64,000 nt of DNA. It comes from Nemertoderma westbladi. Its lineage: Eukaryota > Animalia > Xenacoelomorpha. This document shows, piece after piece, positions 1-13,659 of this stretch. The notes below the pieces were generated by a model that searched no databases, was not told the origin of the DNA, and saw nothing but the letters and a program-made list of their open reading frames with translations. Both the position numbers and the translations under genes were made by a program. The DNA is taken from NCBI GenBank assembly GCA_032718475.1, contig JAUCBJ010008501.1, forward strand, positions 1-64,000. Direction: 5' to 3'. How positions within the stretch are numbered: position 1 is the first letter of the stretch; each line of letters begins with the position of its first letter.

Positions 1-2059
1 TGTTTTTGTCCACCCGCTAAAAAGGTCCCTTATCGCGAAAAAAAACGCAGCAGTGAAATATGGTTCCAAAAAATGAGTCCATTGTTATTGGCTTATGTTA
101 AGATGTTTAAAATCGCAGGTGCTCAGCTGCGCAATAATCAGTTCGAATAAAACTTGATTGAAGTTCATAACCACGGTTCATCATCATTCAGATCAATTGA
201 GGATGAATCAAGAAGATGAGGCTGAATCAACTGAGGAACTGATAGAAGTTCACATCACATAATAGACCTGACATTCTTGTGGCCGTAAAGGTCATCATCA
301 AATCCTAGAAACAACATTACTGTGTACGGGCAGTTGACATTGACATTACCCGCTGAAATCGTGTCAGTTAGGCCTTGTATGGTATAATAGTTCATAATAA
401 TTAAATTGGCCGCTAATTTAAATACGTCATATTCCAGAATAATTTGGCTTCTTGTCGGTTATCTTTGTTAGAATAAGTGTGGTATGTGTTGTTTAACTTC
501 TAACAGTTTTCAACTTATATGTTGTGAGGGTTGTTCTGGTTTGCGTTCTGGTTCGGGTTTGCTTGCTTTTTTTAAGGAGCGGGAACTTTAATTAACTACA
601 AATGTGGGGAATTCAGAACATTTCAGCGCTTTTGAAACTCAGATGATTATCGCAAATCGCGACCAAAGTGAAATACATAACGATAAAAAACTGATATATT
701 TTAATTCCAACGCTACCACCTCGCTAGTATTCTATAAATTGGTTTACTTACACTTATTATCTATCATGCTGAACACAAGTGGTAGACCTACTTATAAAAA
801 GTAAGCACTTCGCAAACCTTCTTGCTTCTTGTTTTTGAGTATGCTCGGTAAGCGTAAAGCAAACAGATCACGCACAAAGTTTTAAGTAAAAAATGAAGGC
901 CACAATGATTACGCACGCATTATTTCCTGTGCGGTCCCCCCAGAACTATACTCCCAAGAGGAAACTGTTACTCGTGTTGGAGTGTATGATGCTGACATCA
1001 TCAATACATAACTGCTTAAGTACAATTGGAGTGATTGGTAAGAACTTGGTAAAAACGATTAGAGACTGTTATTATCATTAAGGTGCAATTTAAAAGTTGT
1101 TATGATATAAATAAAGAAGCACCTAATGACGAAATTCTAATTTTTGGTTGAAGCAGTATGCCCCCAACCCCTCGATTGCACTCTTCCACAGGTCCAAAGG
1201 AGGTATTGTGAATATTACTATCCTACTATAATATTTACAAATTAGTCGTAATTTGTAACTGCTGCTATTAGCAACAAATTATTGCAGCAAAACCTGGAGC
1301 AATGTAATTTAATGGTGTAATCAATGACTCAGTAATGGTAATTTTCGACTCATTATTTTGTAACCTTTGATTTGCCATTTTCGAAAGAGCAATTTTGTAA
1401 CCTTTGACTCTTTGTAACCTTTGACACGGAATCCAAACACCCCCCCACCCCGCGCCAACCCACCCATAGCCCTACAAACAAGTGCATTTTAATTTCTTAA
1501 TAATGCTCTATTCAGTTGTATATTTCCGCAAACATAATATTTTACGGTACCAGCGAACAAATACAAACATCATCCAATCACATTATTTATTTCACTAGTT
1601 AATGTTCACACAACGTTTACTTCGATTTCTTTGCTTTACGATTGGTCCCTCGCTTAGCCATTCGACGATTTGATTGGCTGAGTAGAATAGCGGAGGTTTT
1701 ATGTAAGGCTGCCATCTCGTACCGTTTGGGGTCGTTTATCGGTATGGAATTGACAAGGCCGCTCACTGACTTATGGACAGCTCGTGGGTCCCAGTCCTTC
1801 CTTATTGCAACAGAGTGGATCTGTTTGTTTCTGGCTCGATTGATTCTTCCTGTGGAAAAAAATCAAACAAACAAGAATTATGACTTAATTACGGTACGGT
1901 AGGCTTAGGCAAAGACATCACTGTATAGAGTAAAGTAAAAGAAACTACAGTAGTTACATTACCAGCTGTTATTATAATGTAAAAGTGGTAAGCCTTTTAC
2001 AAGTGGTAACATATTGATTAAAAATAACAAATTATTTGAGGGTCTTTCAAGATCGAAGA

Positions 2060-2300
2060 AAAGCAAGCACTTTCTGCTGTTATATTTCACTTTGATGTTT
2101 ACCGCATGTGAAAAATACCTCAAACCAAAACAATAAACTAATTAGTATATGTACATGTTATAAGATAGAAATAAGCGCTATAAAAAAAACACTTAATTAG
2201 GATAAATAAAAATAAAAATAAAAAATATATCTTCACATATAAAATTCTAATACAATTTCGACCGAAAATTGAAAACCTAGAATTCTTCACATCGGCGAAA
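2060..2300. repeat. Diverged copy of a short repeat that is also nested in the MULE-like elements (about 25003-25310 and 44955-45260)
   Basis: Collinear matches, e.g. tttctgctgttatatttcactttg vs 25035 tttctgccgttttatttcactttg, and tcgaccgaaaattgaaa vs gtcgaccgaaaagtgaaa. Confidence 0.55.
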
Positions 2301-3239
2301 TAAAGTGTTTCTGACACCATAATATTTTCACACCAGTACCAATGATATACATATGAAGTCTCAAATAAACTGTAGATTATGATTGGTCTGTTGTAATATA
2401 AAGATATTAAAATACATGTTAAAATACACGTTGTACTATGTTTTTTGTTAGTTTGTGGGGTGTAAGACTCTATTGTTTACCTGTTTATTTTTTTATAAAT
2501 TACATGTTGTCAGTCATAAAAACTGACATATTACTTGAATAGCGGAGTAAAGAATGCTTCATTCAAGTTTAGAATACAATGTCGCTCTTTAGATGTATTA
2601 GTTAAGGAGTGTTCCTGCCTACATTTATTATTTGATTTGTTAAAGGAGGCCTATTTTAAAGAATATAAGGGCGGGGCGTGTAGCGTTCAATAACTATATA
2701 ATATTTAAAATGTTGCAGTAGTCCAGTTGTAGTATGTGAGATTGTACATTGTGTAAGACAGCTTGCGGTTGAGATACTAAAATTTAAGTAAAGCTGCGTC
2801 GGGATTCTTAATGTAATTTCGTAAATAAATGTTATTATCAACCCAGTTTAAGAGATGGCGTTTAGCTCATGTATTTAGTACATAGAGACACGCTGCTATG
2901 CTATGCGCCCGGCCCCATCCCTAGAAAACACTAAACACATACAATTAATTATATAAATTGTTATTGAAAATAAATACCAATAAATGGTAAGATAATTTTG
3001 TGGAAAGTGATTTAATCTAAATCACGCCATATTAATCACATACCACTGGTAAAGTACGCCCAAAGTTCATAAAAACACCTTTAGAATCATGGTGAAGGAA
3101 TTATTCTCACCCCGTTTACTTTCCACTTAAACAAGGTATCAACAATGCACATCCAAGAACAAGGAATCCAGGGTACGAACTCCAAAGTACAGAGTTCACT
3201 CCGTGGTTGACTGATGACGGGATATTGTCAGGCCGTTCC

Positions 3240-3460
3240 TTTCCTTTGATTGGCTCTACTAAAAATACATTCCACACTCAATTGGTTGCTATTATAAACA
3301 CTCCCTTCTATGGCTGATTCCTTACATAACGGGAGTGACGTAGCACAGCACGCCAAGGAAAGGGTTGTCACACAGCTAACATGTGAGATGTCGAAGGCTA
3401 TTGGACAACGGAGCTGGCATGGAGCGCTGTTATTGGTTTGATATTTACACGCCCCCTCAC
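3240..3460 (+). promoter_or_regulatory. Putative KLF proximal promoter: clustered reverse CCAAT boxes, CRE-like site, GC/CACCC-type box
   Basis: ATTGG near 3250, 3281, 3400 and 3432; GTGACGTA near 3335; ACACGCCCC near 3447; all within about 400 bp of the ATG. TSS not determined. Confidence 0.4.
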
Positions 3461-3653
3461 TAGTTGTGATCAGGTTGTGTAATAAAGATGACTAGAGGAG
3501 AGGGAATTCCATGGTACTGTATGAATGGATGGGTATTTCAGCTCAGTACTCTAGCTATCATTTTGTCATAAAATAACAAACACCTTCTTACAGTCTTATG
3601 CTTTGTATTATTAAAGGAAAAGTTAAAACTGATTTATTATTTAGCAACTAAAC

Positions 3654-4395
3654 ATGACGAAGTTCGATATTGAGATTGAGGGTAACTGTGACTCTAACGG
3701 ATACAGCATTACCCCTCCAAGTTCCCCTGAGTTCGATGCTTCCAGTTACGCCAACATCCACGATAGAGACATTGACGCGGCGGAAAGCCTCTTGGCAATG
3801 AGTTGTCTCGATTCAAACTCACAACACAGTGACCAGTTCCCTCTGGGAACTAAAAACTACAAGCCGATACAACAAAGAATCCCCGACAATTGTCTTCCTC
3901 ACAAAAAGCGCCACAACTCACTAGGCGCTTTAGAGGCGAGTTCCGCAAAGAAACAACGCCACTATATAACTCCTGTGACGTCATACTCTTGCCCGGTTTC
4001 TCCGGCGACTGTCACCGAACCTATTAAAGCGCCAAAAAAAGCGCCGCGCGAGACGATAGCGAGTAAAATAGCCCGATTAAATCGCGCCAACATAAAAACT
4101 ATATCGGAGAATGCCGCCATGGAGGTGCTAATTACAAAGCAGAAACTAATGCTTCGACAGACGCTGGGGGGCGTTGCGCCACAGCGGTGCAACCCGGTGC
4201 GTCTGCCGCTGCCTGGAGCTGCCGGGCGGCCCGTCGGTAAACAGGCGACCATCGCCCCATCGGTTCGCAGACAACAAACCCCGGACGCACTGCGCACAGC
4301 GACGGAGCCTAGCAGCGCTGCCAGTACGGGGATATACATAGTGGGGGATAATCCGGCGCAGAACTTAACCCAGATATTCGTGTCCAACACATCAG
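3654..4395 (+). CDS. Kruppel-like factor (KLF10/11, TIEG/cabut-like), exon 1
   Basis: ATG at 3654; TPPSSP motif and Sin3-interaction-domain-like helix DIDAAESLLAMS typical of KLF10/11/9/13; donor CAG|GTGAG at 4395/4396; exon length 742 (phase 1) joins in frame to exon 2. Confidence 0.85.
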
Positions 4396-4704
4396 GTGAG
4401 TTACTAAACGCCTACCGGTAGGCGGTAGCTGCTATTCTAACAAGACTAGTACAGTAGTATTATATACTGCGCTACAGCACTAGGTACCTACCTACCGGTA
4501 GTAGTGTTGATTTAAAGGAAAAGCAGGAAGATAGTTTAACTTACCAAACCAGAGTTTTAACAACCCTAACAATCTTAAATCCTACCCCCCCCCCCCCCCC
4601 CTTTTGTTAATTGTTAATTTTAATAATTTAATATTTTTTGTTAATTCTCCTATGACCTAACTTCAAGCCTAACTCGTAAAATTATAGAAAATGTTTCTGT
4701 TTAG

Positions 4705-5626
4705 GTGATGTTATGGTGCTGGTTGGTAACGGATTGGATAGGAAAGCGATTCGAATACAGAGAAACGATGCGACTGTAAGCGAACAGATTATGGGAACGA
4801 ATCCCGTTACAGTGAACCCAGACAACCGAACAACATCACCACAATGCCAACCAATAACGCCACAGCACCAACCCGCAGTGCCACAGTACCAACCCGCAGT
4901 GCCATCGTACCAACCCGCAGCGCCACAGCACCCACCCACTGTGCCACAGTACCAACCCACTGCGCCGCAACAACAACCCAATGCGCCGCAACAACAACCC
5001 ACTGCGCCACAGTACCATCCGACAGTGCCACAGTACCAACTCACTGCGCCACAGTACCAACCCACTGCGCCGCAACAACAACCCACTGCGCCACAGCACC
5101 AACCCACTGCGCCACAACACCATCCCACTGCGCCACAACACCAACCTACTGCGCCACAGTGCCAACCCACTGCGCCACAACAACAACCCATTGCGCCACA
5201 GCACCATCCGGCAGTGCCACAGTACCAACTCACTGCGCCTCAGTACCATCCCACTGCGCCACAGTACCAACCCACTGTGCCACAGTATCAATCCACTGCG
5301 CCACAGTGTCCGTCCACTGCGCCACCCATCCAGAGCCCGAAACTCCTCCAACCGTTAACCAACTACGCCCCGATCCAACCCTCCCAATGTATCCCCCAAT
5401 CCGACCCAACCCAACCCATTCACAGTCCCTACCAGCAGCTGTCTACCACCCCAACCCCAGGGACAACCACACCGGGCATCCAGCTCACGCCACATCGCAC
5501 GCCGCCCACGCCACCCTGCGTACAACGCGAACGCAACTACCTATGTGAGCAGTGCGGTCGCAGTTACCTTAAGAGCAGCCACTTAAAGTCCCACCTGCGG
5601 ACCCACACTGGAGAGAAACCATACGT
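4705..5626 (+). CDS. KLF10/11-like exon 2 (Q/P/T heptad repeats and zinc finger 1)
   Basis: Acceptor tttctgtttag| at 4704; in frame with ORF 4713; encodes [29 protein letters not shown] (KLF finger 1 and linker); donor GTAAGT at 5627. Confidence 0.9.
4845..5327 (+). repeat. Coding 21-bp tandem repeat, 23 heptads, consensus (Y/H/Q)QPTAPQ
   Basis: Counted directly from the translation of ORF 4713. Confidence 0.95.
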
Positions 5627-5796
5627 GTAAGTCAATAATTATTACTCAGGATAAATCGAATCCCTATCTAAAGATATTTACTATTATTATATTAATAACT
5701 GGTGTAATTATTTTTTTACCCTTCTAGACCAACAGCAATGTTACAACGAGATTATAAACAAACAATTATTATCTAATTAATTGATTTCCGTTACAG

Positions 5797-6037
5797 CTGT
5801 ATATTCCAGGAGGAGTGCAGTAAGAGATTCGCGCGTTCCGACGAACTGGCCCGACACACCCGCACCCACACCGGGGAACGCCGCTACCAGTGCGCTGTCT
5901 GCGCGCGGCGGTTCAACCGCTCAGACCATCTCCGGAAACACGCGCGGCTCCATGTCGCGGTTCCCACGATACAACGGAGTTCCAGACTGGTTCGGGCTGT
6001 CCTACCGAGACCTGTAGAGCAGCCGGCGGCCTATTAA
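5797..6037 (+). CDS. KLF10/11-like exon 3 (zinc fingers 2 and 3, stop)
   Basis: Acceptor ttccgttacag| at 5796; manual translation [52 protein letters not shown]...AAY*, with the canonical KLF/Sp RSDEL and RSDHL recognition helices; TAA at 6035-6037. Confidence 0.92.
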
Positions 6038-7626
6038 ATATGATACGGAACTTAATTCCTAGCGCTGCTGCGCTTCTATTGACTATTAATTATACTGTGC
6101 TAATAACTTTCAGTTTCAGTAACAACTGTCTATTAAAGAAGCTGCTGACAGTTTTGTTTCATTACTTTGTATTGTATTTGTATATAATAATTGCATCAGG
6201 GATACTGTATGTACGGAATGGTGTATTAGTACTTAATTAGATTTTAGATTTGCACACCTAATATAAATAAATATGCACTCAATATTATTGTTATTAAAAC
6301 GAGTTTGTTTCACTGTTCACTGTTTACAACGACGATCTTGCGACCTATTGGACAGATAAGGCTCAGTCTTTAGCGGCGGTATATTGAATTTATATACGTA
6401 TAAATAAAGCAATTACAAATGCTAAACCAACAGTGTTTACTAACAATACGTGGCTCGCCCCTTATAGTCTTACAGCTTACACGGGTAATGATCTGATTTT
6501 ATTGATTGATTTTATTTATTAGTGACTGATCACGCCGCTATACCGTTTCAATGATCAATCAAATGTAAATTTACATACATAGAAACATCGGCCAACACCC
6601 CATTCACCCCCATTCCCGGCCCACCACCCACACCCCTACTAACTCGCCAATTCACCCCCATTCTCAAGGTCAAGACTACTGTATCTTTCGGCAGACGTTT
6701 AGGGAATCTCAACGGCTGGCCACCACATTCCCTCTCGCAGCGTGCTGCCATGGAACAACATCAAGCACAGACTGATCACTTCTACGGTAGCAGTGGATTG
6801 GAAGCAAGTCGCATTGGCAGTGCCTGCAGGGTGATGTTGGATTTAGGAATAATTTGTTATCGAGGTGGTGCAATAATAATTCGGTTGTTAGATTAGCTGA
6901 TTTTATATTAATGCTATGAACCCTGCGCAGCTTCCTGGTGTATGAATGCATGTACCGTCACGCGGTGTCGGTAGTTGAGACTAAAAGCCGTAAGAGGTCA
7001 CTACAGTAAGGAAGGAGTGCCAGATACCGCAGGCTCTACTGAGTTCCGGAATAACCTCCATACGTAGCACCATGTCCACTACAAATAAACCAATAAAGGG
7101 GAAAGGAGAAAGCCTGTTAGTTACCATTACCAGCGTGTTACAATAACTGTGACTAATGTACAACCTGAAATGGATTTTTAGGTTCATTTTGGTTAAGGGT
7201 AGTTGGTTAGACCCAAACCATGCATGTATCCCTTGCCATTATTGGCGCGGGGGGAAAATGGTAGGATCCGAAATTCCACGAAACATCTTAAATTAGGAGA
7301 CAGGGGGGGGGGGGGAACTCGACCAAAATCCCCGTGGTGAATTAATATCCCGCCTCAATGTTAAATTCTCATTACTCAAATTTAGGGAAAGGATCAGGTT
7401 ACAGTAGCACGTTATTTTAACCAAAACAATAAACTAAGCACAATAGAACAGAACAGGTTACATCTCCACACACCCATCTCCATGGGAAATTCGACGCAAG
7501 TAACATCTGATTACTCCCAAAAATAAAACTGTATTCTGTTCTATTGAGTATCGTTTATTGTTTTGGTTAGAATAACGTGCTACTGTAACCTGCTCATTTA
7601 AAAAAAAAGGTACAATTAATATACAT

Positions 7627-9627
7627 TAGAGTTGTAACAGAGACTTGTCACTGATCTCTGGATTCTCTGGACAATTTTTTGGTCTCAGAATAGGTCTCTG
7701 GTTCCCTGGTTTATAAAACAGATATCTTACCCAGAGATCAGTGATTTTACAAATTAGAAATATATATTTAAAAATAGATCCTGTACAACACAAAATGTGA
7801 AATTATGATTATTTTTCACAATTTTTTTACAATTAATAATTTCTTTAATTTTGAACTATTTTTAATACTCCGCTTCAACAAAATTATATCTTCACTTTTA
7901 CACTATTTTTCATCTAACTCTAAAATAGACTCCAACTAAATGTACCGATAATCTTCTATTTAATGAATTTAATTTATATTATTTAATTTAATTGCGCCTC
8001 GGGAATGGCATTAAACCGGTAAAAACATACGTGGTAAATAATAAAAATATAATTAATTGATAAAATAAAAAAGAGTTAAGAAAGAAAAATCGCGTTTAGC
8101 TGTTAGACTCGGCCCAATATGTCAGTGACTTAGCGTTTTGTTTGCAATGTAAAAGGTGGTAGAGTGCGGCTGGCTCTCCACAGAGCAGACATATACAACT
8201 TCCCGTATCGGGGGCGTGAAACCGGGTAGTGGCGCAGATTTTGTGGTGGAAACCGTGGACCGATACCCTTGTTGCGACGTGTCGGCACGTTTGGTTTGGT
8301 TCGGTCCACTTCCGGTTCTGGAACCCGGGGCTGTTCGAGAATTCTGGAGGAATTTCCTGGTTTTTGGCGACTATGTCACTTCTATACTTCTGCAAGGAGG
8401 CCGTTTCGTTTAAGCGTAGCTGGGAAACGATGTTCTCTACAAAAGTATACCCACCACAGAGCGCTATAACTAAACGGTTACGAGTCGTTTTATGCAATCC
8501 AAGAGTTTTCTTTAAATAGTTGCATGTTACGCTGTCTATTTTATACAAGTTTCTTGAAGTCAAATGCGGCCAAATTAACTTTATGTTGTAGGTTATAATC
8601 GGTCGGATCTTTATATTGACTACTTTGAGAGCTGTTTCTAGCGAGAGTGAACGCGGATTTTTAATAGTGTGGATAGACAGGATGGATTTACAGCAGATAT
8701 TCGAGATATGATTCCAGAACGATAATGAAGTTTGAAAAGTTACGCCTAAATATGTATATGCATTCAATATCTTTACAGGTTGCCCATTGTAGAAGAACTC
8801 GTCCGCTTTACAAAGCCTGCCGCCCCGGCGGAAGTTTATTACGGCATTAATTAATTTAAGGTGAGTTTAATTTTAAGTTAAATTAGGACCTAAAGAGGGT
8901 TCTTCTTTAAGGATAAGGGTGCTTAATTAGAGCTCCGATAATGTTTAAAATTGAAAGAAAGGGCTGTTCTCCATTCAATTTGTTATAGGATAGATAATAT
9001 GACGACCAAATGAAGAGAGCGAGCGTAACGAGGCTTGTAAATGGAGCGAGTAGAGTACTATACCTGTGCACTGTATTCGTAAATGACTAAGTTTATTTTA
9101 TAGTACATTGAATGAAATGTATATGATTTGAACTATAATTGTAAAATAAGTGCCTTTAATTAACAAAGTACCGGTACCTATGGCGCAAAAAAAATTATGT
9201 AACATATTATTAACAATAACAAAATAAGAAGGAATTAATAAACAAATAACCAAATTAATATTAATTCCCCAAACTGTACGAGCGCTTATTTTCTTCCAAT
9301 GGTAATAAGTTAATTGTTGTGGGGTGAGTGACGGTGAATTAAATATATTTGTGCATTATCATATTGTCCTATTTACATTATATATTTCTTACAATGGGTA
9401 AGGGTTGAAATGGGTTGGCGTTGGATTTACTGTAATGCAATAATAGAAAAATAGTTCTCAGTCCGTGTATGTACGTCTGTTTGTGCGATAGGCAGATAGG
9501 GGGCTTAATTAGATTGCAAGTACAAAAATAAGCAAAGTCTCTGATCTCCGGTATTTTTCAAAATAACTCTCTGGGTAGGTCTTTGGTTCACCGGGATTAA
9601 GAAAAACAGGTTTATGTTGCAACTCTA
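7627..9627. mobile_element. Non-autonomous hAT-like DNA transposon carrying a LINE fragment
   Basis: TIRs TAGAGTTGTAACA ... TGTTGCAACTCTA; perfect 8-bp TSD ATATACAT at 7619-7626 and 9628-9635. Confidence 0.85.
8096..8845 (-). mobile_element. 5'-truncated non-LTR retrotransposon: RT thumb and C-terminal Cys/His motif
   Basis: FRRGGRL...YTYLGVTFQ..LSF, KIRPIITY, and C-terminal CICLLCGEPAALYHLLHC; 223-aa open frame. Confidence 0.85.
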
Positions 9628-9799
9628 ATATACATGATGATTTCGCCTTTTTATTTCCTAATTTTTACAATTAATTGTAACACGAAAAAGATGTTGTTAC
9701 AGAAACAGGTTCTCGAATTACCGAAATTATACATGGCGTTGTTGTCCATGTTTTGGTTTAGGTTTCATTTCGTCCAGTTTGATCGCAGTCAACTTTTTC

Positions 9800-10452
9800 T
9801 GAACATATCAATCATGTTTACAGGTGATCTATAAGTTTTCATAGTTTCTACGTTTTACAAAACTGTTTTGCAGTGCATTGGCTTACAATTTGCTCAACAA
9901 TTCCCTGTGAAAAGCCGCCCTACTAGTACCGACATCAAGTGGCTTATCATTAAATTTAGCTCAAAGAAAACTCTATTGAGAAAACATGGTTCAGGTCGGG
10001 TCTCGCTTGACGAAAGTGGGATAAATGTAATCGAGTCTCATTTTATAGACAACCCAGAGACTTCTCTAAGGAAGGCTGGACTCCTTGGGTTAAGTAAAAG
10101 CACCGCAAAATGAGTCATTAAAAATTTAAACTTAAAAAATTAAGCCGTACAAGTTACAGAAATTTCATGGTTTATGTAACATAAACCTGTCCAACTGACC
10201 TTAGTAACCGAGTGAGAAGGACGTATTGAGGTTTATTGGAACATTTATTACCTTCTTGGGTTTTTTTATGTATCTAATTAGAATATTAAAACAATCCATG
10301 TTGGTTGCCATATTTTATATCTTATCACCAATTTGCAAAAACTTGTACATTCTAGCTTTCCAATGACACCATAAATATAATTACTGAAAATTATTAATAT
10401 GAATCTGCCCAAATCAAAATACAAAAAGAATCAAATTTTGTGGGACACCCTG
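9800..10452 (+). mobile_element. Tc1/mariner-like relic (N-terminal HTH fragment and right TIR)
   Basis: ORF 9868 F..QFP...PT..I..L..KF....SGR.....I...F..NPETSLRKA, followed by KPYKLQ; terminus TGGGACACCCTG|TA at 10441-10454. Confidence 0.7.
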
Positions 10453-10519
10453 TATAAGAAAATCAAAGGGGTAAACGATCGACATCAGAAAACTACCCGA
10501 CTGAACTAAAGTATGTTGC

Positions 10520-11606
10520 AGACCTCGGGGGACAATTATTGCCCACGGCAATCACCCCCCCATTGACACTTACCAAAAATTGCCAAATAAATAAGGTCGT
10601 TCCTAACCAATTAGCAAGTTACTAAAGTTCCCAACTTGTTACATCATAAAAAAATATTTTATATAGCTAAGTCAAGTCCATTTTATATATTTTTTTAAAT
10701 CCTGTTTGCTAATTATTAATGTGCTCAATAATTCCGATAATTCCCAACTAAGGTTGTAAGGTATACCAAAGTTCTCCATAATGTTTTACTAATAAACAAA
10801 ATTCTGTGAAAACTACTGAATAAAATTTCATAAGATTTTGCAGGCAGATGAAGCTGAGGCTATCATTTTGTTTGTTTACATTTTACAATTACAACAACAA
10901 TTTATGTAAACAATAGGCCCTACATAGCTTTTGACTAAAATGTCAAAAATTAATAAACTATTTTTGTAATAGCTTCTCAAGGAAGCACGGTATAATCAAA
11001 ATTCTAGTTCAGCATAGGCTAATCGTGATTTCATCCAGTAGTTCCTCAGAAAAGTGTACCTTTGTGTCAAAAAATAGTGTTAGAGAAAAAGAAAATCAAA
11101 GTTTCAAAACTTCCCGCCATTATTTTTTATAAATGGACGGATGCCTAAAATTTCCGATAAAAAATAAGGGGTTTTCCTTTCCTGGTCGGTGATTTCATTT
11201 CCGATGTTTGAGTTTGGCTAATTCTAGACTGTGTGTCTGTCTCTTAGGCTGTCTGTCAGTATGTTCTAATATAAGCAAGAACCAAACCTAACTAAAAATT
11301 ATCAATCTGAGTTGTCGTGGTCAGGGATTTCATTTTTGATGATTGTTATCTTGTTTTAACACAATCTAGACTGTCTGTCGGTTTAGAAGTGATGATCAAG
11401 GTTGAATATGATTGAATATAGGTTGAATAAAACTTGAATTTTATAAAACCATAGGAAATCATTCAAATGATTTCAAGATATAAAAATATATATTCTGTAA
11501 ATTAAGATATAGGGGGGAAATTGTCCGGTGGCAATAGTCCGGGGGCAATTGTCCGTTGGCAATAGTCCGGGGGGAAATTTTCCGGGGGCAATTGTCCTAG
11601 TTCCGA
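10520..11606. mobile_element. Degenerate TIR element with GGGGCAATTGTCC subterminal repeats
   Basis: Repeat cluster at 11512-11604 and an inverted degenerate match (gggggacaatt..gccc) near 10527; TSD not convincing. Confidence 0.4.
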
Positions 11607-13659
11607 GAAAACTAAAAACGTTTTTTACTACAACACAAGTAGCTTAACGGCAGGTTAAAACTAACCTGTTTTATATGTAAATCGAATTCCTTTGCCATCC
11701 TTGTTTCCAGATATGGACACCGAAGTATTATTAACACTCGTGCTAAACTTTAGATTGTGTTTGTTGGTAAGATGACCGGGTTCTCGTGAAAAATCCTATA
11801 AGATTAGTTAAATGTTGTATTGCTGTATTGAGATTGTTAAATATTTATTATATTCTACTGATAATTACAGGTACCGGTAGCTAAATGAGAAGCGCGTTGA
11901 ACTTCTTGACATTGGGATGCAATGCTGCAATGTAAAGTGAAGTAATACTGTAATAGACCTACAGGCCTATCTATACTTGAGGCTTAGAAGTTGAAGTAAA
12001 CCCACCAGTAGGCGGCAGGTAGTAGTTTCTATACCGGTATAACTTTTAGTTGATGTTCTTTGGTTGGTTCGTTAAAAACTCAATAGTCTGATAGTGCTGT
12101 AGTGTGCGTCTTAAAATGACATATATACTGATATAGGCCTAGTTAGTTCTGTAGTTAAGCTTACAGCATAGGGCCCTATCAGGGGAAGTCACAATACCGT
12201 GCCGATGGACATTTTTTTTCAAAAGTGTCCCAAAACACCGTTGGGTTTCAGAAACACTGAAGTACTCAATTGAGGGAAAGGAGCCGGTTACAGAGGCAGG
12301 CTTTTCTAACCCAAACAATAAACGGCCACTTAACCAATTGAGGGAAAGGAGCAGGTTACAGAGGCATGCTTTTATAACCAAAACAATAAACTATCACTGT
12401 ACCAATTGAGGGAAACTATATGGTCAGACAGTCAGTAGTCACATGGTCAGACAGTCATCACTGGTACCGGTACCCCTAGTCACTCTATAACCCAAAATTA
12501 CCGATAGGGCCTACTGATTGTAGTAAGAAGTCAGTAGCAAAGCAATCATATCAGCATGACCATGTACCGGTCAGCCGGTATAGGCCTATGGCACTGGCAG
12601 TATGATACACTAACATCCATCGCTGCATCGGTACGCAAAAGTGATAGAACCGCATATCAAATGTAAGCTGAAGTTCTCATATTCACGTATCTAATATGTG
12701 AATAGGAGCCAAACTTCCTGAACTTTGGGACTGGGACCTCACCATACAGCATACACCATACTGGGTTATCGTTCATATGCGTACCGGTGGTGTTACAGTG
12801 GTGGTGTTTTCTAACCAAAACAATAAACTAATCTCCATTACTTAATTAACGGAAAGGAGCAGGTTACAGTGGTGGCGGTGGGCTTTTCTAACCAAAACAA
12901 TAAACAATATCTCAATAACATAGGCTAGGGTATTTCATACTTATAGTCTTATTTTTGCAATACGAAAATACCAACGGTACGGATATGAACTATAACTCCA
13001 TACTGCCCTGCCATACGTGTGTCTAAGTCCTCCATACTGCGACTGCGTAACGATCCCGGCCCGGTAAGCAAACTGCAAAACTAGCACCAAAACTCACCTG
13101 ATTCTTACGTTTAAGTCGAAAACAGCTGTGGCGTTTTGTTATTTGCCAAATTAGATCTGCCATTATATATTTTATATATAGGTAGGCCTAACAATTCCAG
13201 GCTGTGAGGAGAGGCAGAGAGGATGGCTGGATGGGCAGATAGGCGTCCAAGAAATTGTTTACAATCTGAAAATCAATAGGCTGATAGGCCTACACTACCC
13301 TACCAGACCGGAATACAGACAGGACACGAGTGTTAGTGTTAGTTTAGAGAGTTTAGTTTTAGCTAGTACTCAACTAGCAGACTAGTACTGTAATACTACA
13401 GTACTACCTGACTACAGGACTACCTGCCAGCCTGTCGTCAGCCTGCCTGCTGGCAGAGTGGCAGCTGGCATGTACCGGTACTACTGTACTAGTACCGGAT
13501 ATAGGATATTGACTTGCGGCGAGGTGTCCGATAATTTGCGGCGAAATGGCATTTATAGTGAGACACCTCGCCGCAAGACACCTCGCCGCACATTATCTGC
13601 GGCGAGATGACTTGCGGCGAAGTGGCAGTGCGGCGAGGTGACCAGCACGAGCACCCCAG

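Noticed and set aside
3205-3245. CTGATGA as a second hammerhead core
   Set aside because: No stem II plus GAAA follows
4682-5548. Alternative-frame and antisense Cys/Gly/Trp-rich ORFs over KLF exon 2
   Set aside because: Shadows of the 21-bp repeat; only the frame spliced to the SID exon and zinc fingers is supported
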